NCBI GenBank assembly: GCA_048882325.1
Contig: JBHLRS010000039.1
Location: 1 to 29,608 of the forward strand
Origin: Candidatus Thorarchaeota archaeon
GTDB taxonomy: Archaea; Asgardarchaeota; Thorarchaeia; Thorarchaeales; Thorarchaeaceae
Direction: 5' to 3'
DNA length: 29,608 bases
A model generated the notes under the pieces. The model searched no databases. It was not told the origin of the DNA and saw nothing but the letters and a program-made list of their open reading frames with translations. This document shows, piece after piece, positions 1-9,017 of this stretch (positions are counted from its first letter, which is position 1; each line of letters begins with the position of its first letter). Position numbers and translations under genes: made by a program.

Positions 1-351
1 AAAAGGAGAAGAACTCTCACAGAACGCGTACAGTCAATCTTCAGGTTCATAGAGGAACAACCAGAACCTTTCCCAAAGTCAGAGTTCCAGAGAATCGGTT
101 TGAATCCAACAACTGCAGAAACATGGGTTCGTCTCATTGAGTACATCCAGAGTCAACCAATGATAAGAGTCACGCGAATGGGTTCATCAACATACATTGA
201 GAAGATTGAGAACAAATACCTCAGTATGATGAGAAAGAGAATTCTCAATCCTAATTTGTCCTTGAAGGAGAGAAATGATGCAATGAGAGATTACATCAAT
301 GCTCTTCAGACACTCGAGATAATCGAGGATGGAAGAATTAAGAAAGGATAA
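1..351 (+). CDS. 5'-truncated hypothetical protein, possibly winged-helix-like
   Basis: Frame 1 is open from base 1 (KRRRTLTERVQSIFRFIEEQPEPFPKSEFQRIGLNPTTAETWVRLIEYIQ...) to the TAA ending at 351, so the TTG at 100 is probably not the true start. The helix-turn-helix plus beta-hairpin pattern is inferred by eye. Confidence 0.7.
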   Translation, partial: KRRRTLTERVQSIFRFIEEQPEPFPKSEFQRIGLNPTTAETWVRLIEYIQSQPMIRVTRMGSSTYIEKIENKYLSMMRKRILNPNLSLKERNDAMRDYINALQTLEIIEDGRIKKG

Positions 352-399
352 TGAATTTTTATGTAGGATGGACTTTTGTTAAACAGGACTTGATCTGTA

Positions 400-1971
400 A
401 TGCCTCGACCTTGCCACATATTCGCTTTTCTCTTTGTTTTGATAATCCTCAATCCAGTTCCACAGACTGAAGCTTGGACACTCCAAGATCATTTTCGGTC
501 ACAGAAAGATTATGGGAATTTCACGGTAGATGTGAGTGGAGCTCAGGTAGAGATTGTCAATACCCCTGAGGCTTTCGAGGGTTACAATCTCTTTGTGCTT
601 CTCAAAACAGACAAAGTAACACGAGATCGTGACTTCGTCATGTTGATAATTGGAGGAAATGGTGAAGTCATACTAGAGGAAGTCCTTCCTGAAAACAAGT
701 GGATAGGAGATTGTCCTGCAGAGTTTCTTGATCCAACATCCATTCTCGTCAGGTATAGCAATACAACAGCCCTTTACAACTTGACAGATGGTTCTGCAAC
801 TTTACTGCCCTTTGAGGGGCATCATGAGTTTGAATACAACCCCATCAATGATACGTTCTTTACTTTTCATTACGACACCGAAAAAATCGGGGAGGAAAAT
901 TACCTCTACGATTTACTTCTTGAATTTGACAGAGAGGGAAACATAGTCTGGTCGTTTAATGTTTCTACTTTGATGAGTCTTGACCAAGAGTGTCCATACC
1001 AAGATTATCAGTGGGGCCATCGTGATATCTCACATGCGAACACTATCTACTATGATGTAGAGGACGATTCCATATACCTGATGCTCAGAAACGCGAACAC
1101 CTTTTGGAAAATCGATCATTCCACCGGAGAAGTAATCTGGGGACTTGGAGAATATGGAAACTTTACTTTATACAACAGGTGGAAACAGTCTACTAACAAC
1201 CTCTTCTATCATGCACATGCTGTTGAAAGGATAGACGAAAACAACTTCATTCTGTTCGATAATGACTTTCACAATCAGACCAATGAATGGAGTCGGCAGT
1301 CAAGGATACTTGAAATTGAGTTAAACGAAAGCACGATGACGGCTAACACAAGTTGGGTGTGGACCGCGGATTCTGAATACTCTTCATATCTCTGGGGCGA
1401 CGCTGACAAACTACCAAACGGAAATAGACTGGGAGTCTTTGGAATAGTTGTAAGACCTGATCCATATTATGGGGGAAGGATTGTGGAGGTCAATGAGGAG
1501 CATGACATTGTCTGGGAGCTATCATTTGTAAATGACGAGTCCTACTGGTATGGGATTTACAGAAACGAAAGATTTCAGATGCAACCCTATCTTAGACTAG
1601 TTGATTCAGGAAATGAATATCCTCAGGGGGATGTCAGTCTGGAATGGCAGACTGGGTTTAATTATCGACCCAAGAGGGATATGCATGGTACCTTCGAACT
1701 CTATTTAGATGAGGTCCTCGTTGATGAAGGAGAGGTTATATTTGACCGCTATTGGAGGCCGACAACTCTATCTTATACATTTCAGAATCTCTCTCCAGAT
1801 TCCTACAATGCTACTTTGGTTGTATGGGATGGCTATGGCAATTCAGCAATATCATCGAAGATGATCCATGTAACTAGTGAGGGCAATTCAGCGTTCTTCG
1901 TCTTTATCTTGTCGATTATAGGAATTATTGCGTTGATTGTTCTTTGGAAATGGCATGGCTTCCGACGCTAA
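400..1971 (+). CDS. Arylsulfate sulfotransferase (ASST)-family beta-propeller protein, secreted and C-terminally membrane-anchored
   Basis: ASST-type motifs GHHEF, DISHANTIYY, LMLRNAN, HAHAV, LFDND, WGDADKLPNGN. N-terminal signal peptide, Ig/PKD-like domain (YNATLVVWDGYGN), C-terminal TM helix followed by KWHGFRR. Confidence 0.85.
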   Translation: MPRPCHIFAFLFVLIILNPVPQTEAWTLQDHFRSQKDYGNFTVDVSGAQVEIVNTPEAFEGYNLFVLLKTDKVTRDRDFVMLIIGGNGEVILEEVLPENKWIGDCPAEFLDPTSILVRYSNTTALYNLTDGSATLLPFEGHHEFEYNPINDTFFTFHYDTEKIGEENYLYDLLLEFDREGNIVWSFNVSTLMSLDQECPYQDYQWGHRDISHANTIYYDVEDDSIYLMLRNANTFWKIDHSTGEVIWGLGEYGNFTLYNRWKQSTNNLFYHAHAVERIDENNFILFDNDFHNQTNEWSRQSRILEIELNESTMTANTSWVWTADSEYSSYLWGDADKLPNGNRLGVFGIVVRPDPYYGGRIVEVNEEHDIVWELSFVNDESYWYGIYRNERFQMQPYLRLVDSGNEYPQGDVSLEWQTGFNYRPKRDMHGTFELYLDEVLVDEGEVIFDRYWRPTTLSYTFQNLSPDSYNATLVVWDGYGNSAISSKMIHVTSEGNSAFFVFILSIIGIIALIVLWKWHGFRR

Positions 1972-2147
1972 GGGAAACATCTAACATAGTGAGATTTCAA
2001 CAATGCGACTCGTGTTCTTTCTAGTGGATACATGACCTCATTCATTCCCAAGTTGCAGTGTTCTACGCAATAGGACAAATGTGTGTACGATGATAGCTTA
2101 TTTTCAATAGATGTTTGTGTAGAATTCTACGTTAGGAGTGACTCATA

Positions 2148-2348
2148 ATGGGTCTACCTAAGAAAATTGGAATCACTATTCTACTCTATGTGATACTTGG
2201 ATTTGTCTGGAGTGTGTTGATGTTCTACTCCATTATTCCGCCACCTGGTGGTCTTAGTGGACCTCTCAACATCTTGTACATCATTTTCTCGCCAATAACA
2301 ACAGTATTCTTCTTGATACTGGTGTCAGCTGGTGTAATTGCTCCATAG
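2148..2348 (+). CDS. Small 2-TM membrane protein
   Basis: Two hydrophobic helices separated by a PPPGG loop; SD-like AGGAGTGA just upstream of the ATG. Confidence 0.75.
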   Translation: MGLPKKIGITILLYVILGFVWSVLMFYSIIPPPGGLSGPLNILYIIFSPITTVFFLILVSAGVIAP

Positions 2349-2408
2349 CTAATTCTTTGAACATGAAGAACCGGACTCATATTCACGGGAGGAGATATCT
2401 AGTATGCT

Positions 2409-3371
2409 TCATAATTCAAGGGATAGAGTAGAGATAGTTTCCATCTGTTCAGATGACATAGAGAGTTTCATGGCTCCTGCATTCTGTTCTACCTGATAGG
2501 TCTTGGTGGCACCAGGGATCGTGATGATTGTATCACCATGGTAGTTGATGGTCCAACTCAAGGCGACTTGTGCTGCTGTTGCATTGTGTTCCGATGCAAT
2601 TGCCTCAAGAGTTTCAACCAGCTCTTTACTTTTCTTCAAACCACCTCGAATGCGAAACCTCCTTACCCTCGGCATCTTGTCCACAAGCTCCGGATTTCGA
2701 TGTAGGTTCCCTGTCAGAACACCTTGTCCTAAGGGGGTATATGCCATGATAGTGACGCTAAGTTCCTTTGCAGCTTCCAGTGTGCCATTGAACTCAATCC
2801 CGCGCTTCAGAAGCGAGAAATGAACCTGATTAGCAGCTAGTGGAATTCCTCGTTCAGCAAGTGCATCATGAGCCCTAATCATGCGGTCTTTTGAAAAGTT
2901 ACTTACTCCCACAGCTTGTATTATTCCAGCTTCCATTAAATCCGCCATCTCATCCATCTGAGCTTCAACTGAGGAAACTGAATATGGCATGTGAACGAAG
3001 TAGAGATCTATAGGGTAAGGAGCCAATCGTTCAGTGCTCTTTGCTGCAGACTTCCGAATCGATTTGGCACGTTTGAGCATGGGAAACCATTTGGTGGAGA
3101 TTACTACATCTCCGGGAGACTTTTCAGCAGCTTGAAGAGACCTAGACACTGCGCATTCTGAATATCCAGAACCGTAGATTTCAGCCGTGTCAATCAGACT
3201 AATCCCAGAATCCAGAGCGACCTTCACAACTTCATTTTGAGTTTCGGGTTCAACAGGTGTGAACATGAAACGGAAGAAACTATGCCCGCCTGCAAGCTCC
3301 ATTGCACCAAAACCAATTGGACTTACCTCGATGTCAGTCTTCCCTAGCTGACGTTTTGTGAATTCCTGCAT
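2409..3371 (-). CDS. Aldo/keto reductase
   Basis: LGKTDIEVSPIGFGAM, IDTAEIYG (catalytic Asp/Tyr), ISTK, DLYFVH, VGVSNF, NQVHFSLL, AYTPLGQG, AQVALSW, IPGA. Confidence 0.95.
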   Translation of the reverse strand: MQEFTKRQLGKTDIEVSPIGFGAMELAGGHSFFRFMFTPVEPETQNEVVKVALDSGISLIDTAEIYGSGYSECAVSRSLQAAEKSPGDVVISTKWFPMLKRAKSIRKSAAKSTERLAPYPIDLYFVHMPYSVSSVEAQMDEMADLMEAGIIQAVGVSNFSKDRMIRAHDALAERGIPLAANQVHFSLLKRGIEFNGTLEAAKELSVTIMAYTPLGQGVLTGNLHRNPELVDKMPRVRRFRIRGGLKKSKELVETLEAIASEHNATAAQVALSWTINYHGDTIITIPGATKTYQVEQNAGAMKLSMSSEQMETISTLSLEL

Positions 3372-3474
3372 GTTCTCTCATATAGTTTTTTTATCAACCG
3401 CTTTTAATCGCTCATATATGCCCATTGTTCCCTTTACCATGCAATCAATTCATGTTCCTCTGAGAGGAGGACAA

Positions 3475-3494
3475 GAAGGGGAAAACTCCCCTTC
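3475..3494 (-). terminator. Stem-loop immediately downstream of the 3502..5586 gene, possible terminator
   Basis: Perfect 8-bp inverted repeat GAAGGGGA-AAAC-TCCCCTTC starting 7 nt after the stop codon on the minus strand. Confidence 0.45.
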
Positions 3495-3501
3495 CTTCAT
3501 C

Positions 3502-5586
3502 TCAGCAATTGGACGTAATGAAGACAAACCAGCTGAACGATCCCGGCGTTGGGTCTGAACAGACATATCCAAAACCATAAGCATGGTCATTGATTGGATC
3601 GTCAAGCTGTGGATTCCCTGGGTCAGGAGACTTCGTTGCATAGAATACTGCCGCTTGAATATCACTTCCCTCGGTTTCAGCACATGCCCTGAACCAAGCT
3701 TGGACTATTGTTCTTGGAAGAATGAGAGAATAGAGCCCGGTCATATAGAGACCAAATTTCACTCCCCTCGTCTGTACATTACGACTTGTTGTTGCAAAGG
3801 AGCAAATCTGATGAAGACCTTGAAGGGTTTGGTCCCATCGTTCGAAGACAGTGTCACCGTTGTCGTTTTCCCATGCAAGAGGACTACAGGCATCGAAAAC
3901 AATAGTTTCGAGGTCGCCATCTCCTAGTCGCATCTCTCCAGGACTTAACCAACCATTATCATGTTGAGATGTGAATGAAACTCCATTGGGATTGCCATGG
4001 TCTTGATAATAGACAATATCAACACAATCAACCCATTCTGTATCTGTTCCACCCTGAGCTACCTCTTTGAAGTCTTCCTCCCATGCTGACCATTCGCCCC
4101 AATTGAACTCTCGATTGAAGGCGCCTTGAGTCCCCATCCAGTTATAGAATCCCTCGATGTTTGTTTCAGTATTCCACAGTGGAGAGTCAAGATCGGACAT
4201 TCCTACCCACTCAATACCCACTTCCTTAACCCCGTCATCATATGCACCTGAGGGTGCGCTGGGTGTAAATTTTCTTGAATCAGAAATCTCACTACTAGCA
4301 AAAGATACTGGTAAGAACATGAAAGCTGAGAACATCATCAGGAGAAACAGCAACACCAAACTACCTCTCCTCCTCCTCACCACAAGGAAAGAAGCTAAAA
4401 CAAGAACAATGCCACTTGTTATGATAATGGTGATTTGTGGGTCCATCTCAAAGTCAACTGTTTCAATTGTTACTGCAATACAATCACTGGCACCTCTTCC
4501 TTCAGCATCTATAACACGTACTGAGATTGCATGTGGTACTGGGTAATCCTTCTTGGTCACTTCCGTCAGGGATATTGTTGTGAAGGACTTTGATGTACTA
4601 AGCACACCATCGAAGTCAGAAGCCCATTGATATGTATAAGGGGCAGTTCCCAAGGACACACTGCAATCAAAGGTGATGGATGCACCAGGCATCATTGAGA
4701 TGCCATGATTAGGTGTCGTGATTTCGACTATGGGGTTGAATAATGTCCCATCAAGGTAAACGAGTTTAAGAAGTCCAGAATGCTCATCCGATGCATCCTC
4801 TTTGATTGAAACCTCCCACATAGGGTAGAGAAGAACCGCACCATCTTCATCATCCGTCTTGTATACGAGACGATGGTCTACAACCTCCTCAGGGTTGATA
4901 CCGTGAGCATCAAGAGCAGACTCGTATTCAATTAGGCTCGATGTTGCGTGAGGTTCAGGTGCAATGTCCCTCCATTTCCAGTCAAAGCCTACCGTGTCCC
5001 CACCCTCTCCAATCATTACAGAGATCTGTGCTGTTTCACCTGCTATTGGAATATCATCGACCATGAATTCGTAATTCACATGCCATTGAAGTACCTTAGT
5101 CCGTAACTCATCACTGTCAGGATTGTAGGCTGTAACATTGGTCGAACCAATGTTCTTCAATATCGCATTACGAGGAAGTAGTCCCTTCTGTACAAGCCAT
5201 GTTTCAGCGATGGTTTGGCAACTAGAAGGACTGGGAACTTCAATTCCAAGAGCAACATTCCAGAGTTTATCGTAGTCAGCATACCAGATGGAGCCATCAC
5301 GGCTGTCAATCTCAAAGGTCTGGTTAAGATAGTTGACCACGAAACCATATTCAGTTTCGTTAGCTAAGATCTCCGGGATAGGAGTCAAAGAGCGAGCCAT
5401 CACTTCGGTATAGGTCTTATTGACTTCCGGAGTTACAAGTTCGTATATTGGCATCTCAGTCTGTGAGATAACATATTTTGAAGTATCAACGATATTTCGT
5501 TCTACTGAAATCGTTTCGCCAGTTTCAATTGGTACAGAAACCAAACATAATAGCAGTATAATCAATAGAATTGCATCCCTCTTCAC
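3502..5586 (-). CDS. Two-ectodomain membrane protein: N-terminal secreted domain with PKD-like module, internal TM hairpin, C-terminal DUF6345-like domain with putative His/Cys dyad
   Basis: GTG at 5586 follows GGAGG and gives the signal peptide MKRDAILLIILLLC (the ORF track starts at TTG 5601). PKD-like GTAPYTYQWASD...VRVIDAEG; TM-RRRR-TM; YYQDHGNP and IVFDACSPL motifs resembling DUF6345. Confidence 0.75.
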   Translation of the reverse strand: MKRDAILLIILLLCLVSVPIETGETISVERNIVDTSKYVISQTEMPIYELVTPEVNKTYTEVMARSLTPIPEILANETEYGFVVNYLNQTFEIDSRDGSIWYADYDKLWNVALGIEVPSPSSCQTIAETWLVQKGLLPRNAILKNIGSTNVTAYNPDSDELRTKVLQWHVNYEFMVDDIPIAGETAQISVMIGEGGDTVGFDWKWRDIAPEPHATSSLIEYESALDAHGINPEEVVDHRLVYKTDDEDGAVLLYPMWEVSIKEDASDEHSGLLKLVYLDGTLFNPIVEITTPNHGISMMPGASITFDCSVSLGTAPYTYQWASDFDGVLSTSKSFTTISLTEVTKKDYPVPHAISVRVIDAEGRGASDCIAVTIETVDFEMDPQITIIITSGIVLVLASFLVVRRRRGSLVLLFLLMMFSAFMFLPVSFASSEISDSRKFTPSAPSGAYDDGVKEVGIEWVGMSDLDSPLWNTETNIEGFYNWMGTQGAFNREFNWGEWSAWEEDFKEVAQGGTDTEWVDCVDIVYYQDHGNPNGVSFTSQHDNGWLSPGEMRLGDGDLETIVFDACSPLAWENDNGDTVFERWDQTLQGLHQICSFATTSRNVQTRGVKFGLYMTGLYSLILPRTIVQAWFRACAETEGSDIQAAVFYATKSPDPGNPQLDDPINDHAYGFGYVCSDPTPGSFSWFVFITSNC

Positions 5587-5723
5587 GAGTTCAACCTCCA
5601 AAAGGTTTCACACATCTCAAGTATAGAATGTCTATTCTCTCACCACAGTACCCTAAAAATTTCTCTAGTTGTTATTTGTTCGGTAGAAACATTAAAAGAA
5701 AGCCATGAAAGCCATAATGCCCT

Positions 5724-6110
5724 ATGGCACTTGGAATGTATTTTGTCACTGCAGCACTAATCACATACTCCATTGCTGTGTGGGGCGAACAGTTGACAAA
5801 CGACCTCAAACCTGCCTTTGTAATCATGTTTTGCATAGGAGTGATCTGTGATGCTACAGGAACTCTAATGATGTTCTTCGACATGCAAGCAGGTGGTTCA
5901 GTTTTGGGGTTGTTTGACACCATATTTCATATTGTGACTGGACTGACTGCAATCCTGCTAATGTTCATCCACGCAATGTGGGCAATCAGGGTTCTGCGAT
6001 TAGGTGATGAGGAATCAGCGGCTAAGTTCCACAGGTTCTCAAAGTTTGTGTGGGCATTCTGGTTGATTCCATTCCTCTCTCCGATGATCTCTGCTATGTT
6101 ATCACCTTGA
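5724..6110 (+). CDS. HsmA/TIGR03987-family 4-TM membrane protein (putative heme binding)
   Basis: Family-like pattern YSIAVWGE...LKP...GVICDATGT.MM...HIVTG..AI.LM.IHA.WA...KFHRFS..VW..WLIPF with conserved His residues. Confidence 0.8.
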   Translation: MALGMYFVTAALITYSIAVWGEQLTNDLKPAFVIMFCIGVICDATGTLMMFFDMQAGGSVLGLFDTIFHIVTGLTAILLMFIHAMWAIRVLRLGDEESAAKFHRFSKFVWAFWLIPFLSPMISAMLSP

Positions 6111-6158
6111 ACAAGTAGAAACATAACTATGTTCAGCAATTGACCCCTCGTGGTATCA

Positions 6159-8981
6159 ATGCAATCAAAGGTCATTATCGTCCCTCATACTCATTGGGAT
6201 CGAGAATGGTATCTTCCTTTCCAGAGGTTCAGACTGAAGCTTGTCAACTTGATAGATGTGCTCCTAGACATTCTAAATCACAGTGATTATGCGTTTATGC
6301 TCGATGGTCAGACGGTCCTGCTAGAGGATTATTTGGAGATCAGACCAGAGAAAAGAGATGAGCTTCTGAAACGGATAAGAGAGGGAAAAATTGCGGTTGG
6401 ACCTTGGTATCTACTTCCTGATGAATGGTTGGTGGGAGGAGAGAGTCTTGTTCGAAACCTTGAACTCAGTCATAAACTTGCGAAGGAAATGAAGATAACA
6501 CTCATGGATATAGCTTATCTGCCCGATCAGTTTGGTCATTCATCAACAATTCCACAGCTCCTCTTTGACGTTACACACCTCAGAACCGCAGTCCTGTGGC
6601 GTGGTGTTCCACCAGAAATAGTGACTGTGCCATTCACATGGTCTTCCCATCCATCCTCTAAAGCGCATATTCGAGGAATCTATCTTCCAGAGGGGTATGG
6701 GAACTTTGCTATTCTTCCAGAAGATTATGATAGTTTCTCCGACCTCGTGAAAGATAACATTACCGAGCTTGAGCCGTTCTCGCCGGTTCCGATTTATTTG
6801 CTGATGAATGGATCAGATCATCGGTTCCCACAAGCCTACGCTATAGATTATGTGAAGAAATTGCAAAAAGAAGGTCATGACTCCTCGATTGGAACACTTC
6901 GTGATTTTGCCAATCATCTTGAACAAGCTATCTCCGAGTCTAACCTCGAAGTTCCAGCGTACTCTGGAGAGTTTCGATCACCCGCCAGAGCCCCTCTACT
7001 GCAAGACACCTATTCTGCAAGGATGTGGATCAAGATCTGGAATCAAAGAGTTGAGGATCTGCTTACAATGTGCGTGGAACCTATCAGTTCCTATCTTTGG
7101 TTCGACCTTGATAGAGCCTATCCTAGTGGTTTCATAGAAACTGCATGGAAGTGGCTTCTCAAGAATCACCCACACGACTCGATATGTGGATGCTCAATAG
7201 ATCAGACCCATGACGAAATGAAGTCTAGGTTCTCATGGGCTGAGTCTATCGGGGAGGGTGTGATTGATGATGCTTGTGGATTAATCCAGAAAGCTGGAAC
7301 ACCATCAGATTCCTCGAGTCTTTTGGTGTTCAATGCCTCAGGAACCGTGAAATGTCCCGTATACATAGAGTTCTCATATCCTAAAGAGAAGAGAGTGGGA
7401 GGTGTGAAGTTCTCAGATGGAACTATGTTTCAGGTTCAACCACTTGCATCAAGAGAGGACATCTTCCTACAAGCCACAGTTGGTCTTACTATGGCAAAGA
7501 TGGGAATGAGGTTGTTGCCAGGACGCAAGCTGATGGATTTCTACATCAATGGTGTAGAGTATTATGATGGTGATGAGCCAGGGTTACTTGAACTGAGATT
7601 CATAGCAGATAGATACCCTATAGGAGATTTCGATATGGATGAGTTCAAACGCGAGGCCCAAAAGATGATTGAGAGCAAGAGATACAAGAAGGTTCATCTT
7701 GTCGCGGCACGTCCGACTCAAAATGTCTATGCGACTGTCATCCCGTTGCAGCCATGGACATTTACGCAACTACAACCAGTCGAGGATACTCCTGAAACAG
7801 AGGATGCTTTCTTGAAAACGGACCCAAATCAGGTAGAAAACCGCTTCTATGGTATAACTTTCAATAAAGACGGATCCCTTCAACTCTTGAACAAAGAAAC
7901 AGGTACACTTTATGATCACCTACATGCTTTCGAAGACTTTGGAGACAGAGGTGATGAATACACCTTTGGTAGAGTGCGTCCCGAGAAAACAAAGAGCAAG
8001 AATGTCAAGCGCGAGGTTATTGCAAATGGACCGATATTTTCAGAGATCAGACAGACATTGACAATCGAGATCTTTGAGAGTTTGGACCCAACCAGAGTGA
8101 AGAGAATTGGAACAACGACAATACCAGTTGAATCAACTTTTCGGTTCTATCGTGACATTCCACGGGTTGATGTGAAGACGAGAGTTTTGAACTCAGCAAA
8201 AGACCATAGATTGAGAATTTGTTTTGACGTACCATATAATACGGACAAGACAATCACAGCAACCCACTTCGGCTGGGTTCTTCGTGAAAGTAATCCTGGA
8301 ACCATCCCATCAGCGGTTGAACTGGAAAAGACAAGGTCAACATACCCCGAGTTGCCATCAGGCATTCAACCTCAGAAACGGTACATCAGGGTTGAGCACA
8401 ATGATGGCAACGATGCAATAACATTGCTAAACAAAGGACTACCAGAGGTTGAACTTGTGAATGGTAAACGACTAGCAATCACCTTGATTCGTTCTGTTGG
8501 TTGGCTGTCGCGCTCTGACATCCCTGAGAGACCAATCCATGCAGGTCCACCTGAAGAAACCCCTGATGCGCAGGAATTACACAGTGAGTATGTATTTGCC
8601 TATGGTTTCGTTGCTCATTCAAAAGATATGCCAATATCAAAGAGTGTAGATCACGCAGATGCCTTCGCAGACGAACCAACCGTGATTTCGTTCAATGAAG
8701 CTAAAGCTCCAGACCTGCTTCCTAGAGCAATATTCCAAATCGACAATCCCTCTGTAAGAATCACATCAATGCGAGTGAGGAATGGCTATCTTCTAGTGAC
8801 ATTGTATAATCTTGAGAATGCTGAAATCTCTACGAAAATGCGTCTTGCAGATAGAATCGTCAGTTGTTCAGAAGTTCAAATTCACGGATCAGTAAAGACA
8901 AAGCATGATATACGTGAGGGGGTAGTTGAATTGAGTTTCAGTCCTCGCGAAATCAAGATGTGTCAGTTTCAACGTGGTTAG
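6159..8981 (+). CDS. Glycoside hydrolase family 38 alpha-mannosidase (MngB-like)
   Basis: HTHWDREWY, LDGQ, GPWYLLPDE, nucleophile motif YLPDQFGH, NGSDH, HPHDSICGCS, DRGDEY, ITLIRSVGWLSR. Start taken at ATG 6159; GTG 6150 is the alternative. Confidence 0.93.
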   Translation: MQSKVIIVPHTHWDREWYLPFQRFRLKLVNLIDVLLDILNHSDYAFMLDGQTVLLEDYLEIRPEKRDELLKRIREGKIAVGPWYLLPDEWLVGGESLVRNLELSHKLAKEMKITLMDIAYLPDQFGHSSTIPQLLFDVTHLRTAVLWRGVPPEIVTVPFTWSSHPSSKAHIRGIYLPEGYGNFAILPEDYDSFSDLVKDNITELEPFSPVPIYLLMNGSDHRFPQAYAIDYVKKLQKEGHDSSIGTLRDFANHLEQAISESNLEVPAYSGEFRSPARAPLLQDTYSARMWIKIWNQRVEDLLTMCVEPISSYLWFDLDRAYPSGFIETAWKWLLKNHPHDSICGCSIDQTHDEMKSRFSWAESIGEGVIDDACGLIQKAGTPSDSSSLLVFNASGTVKCPVYIEFSYPKEKRVGGVKFSDGTMFQVQPLASREDIFLQATVGLTMAKMGMRLLPGRKLMDFYINGVEYYDGDEPGLLELRFIADRYPIGDFDMDEFKREAQKMIESKRYKKVHLVAARPTQNVYATVIPLQPWTFTQLQPVEDTPETEDAFLKTDPNQVENRFYGITFNKDGSLQLLNKETGTLYDHLHAFEDFGDRGDEYTFGRVRPEKTKSKNVKREVIANGPIFSEIRQTLTIEIFESLDPTRVKRIGTTTIPVESTFRFYRDIPRVDVKTRVLNSAKDHRLRICFDVPYNTDKTITATHFGWVLRESNPGTIPSAVELEKTRSTYPELPSGIQPQKRYIRVEHNDGNDAITLLNKGLPEVELVNGKRLAITLIRSVGWLSRSDIPERPIHAGPPEETPDAQELHSEYVFAYGFVAHSKDMPISKSVDHADAFADEPTVISFNEAKAPDLLPRAIFQIDNPSVRITSMRVRNGYLLVTLYNLENAEISTKMRLADRIVSCSEVQIHGSVKTKHDIREGVVELSFSPREIKMCQFQRG

Positions 8982-9017
8982 TAATTGTGTAAGACATTGA
9001 ATGAAATCTAGGTTGTA

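Noticed and set aside
1972-2147. Possible tRNA or ncRNA in this intergenic gap
   Set aside because: No cloverleaf, T-loop consensus or strong stem is visible. It is consistent with a plain promoter region.
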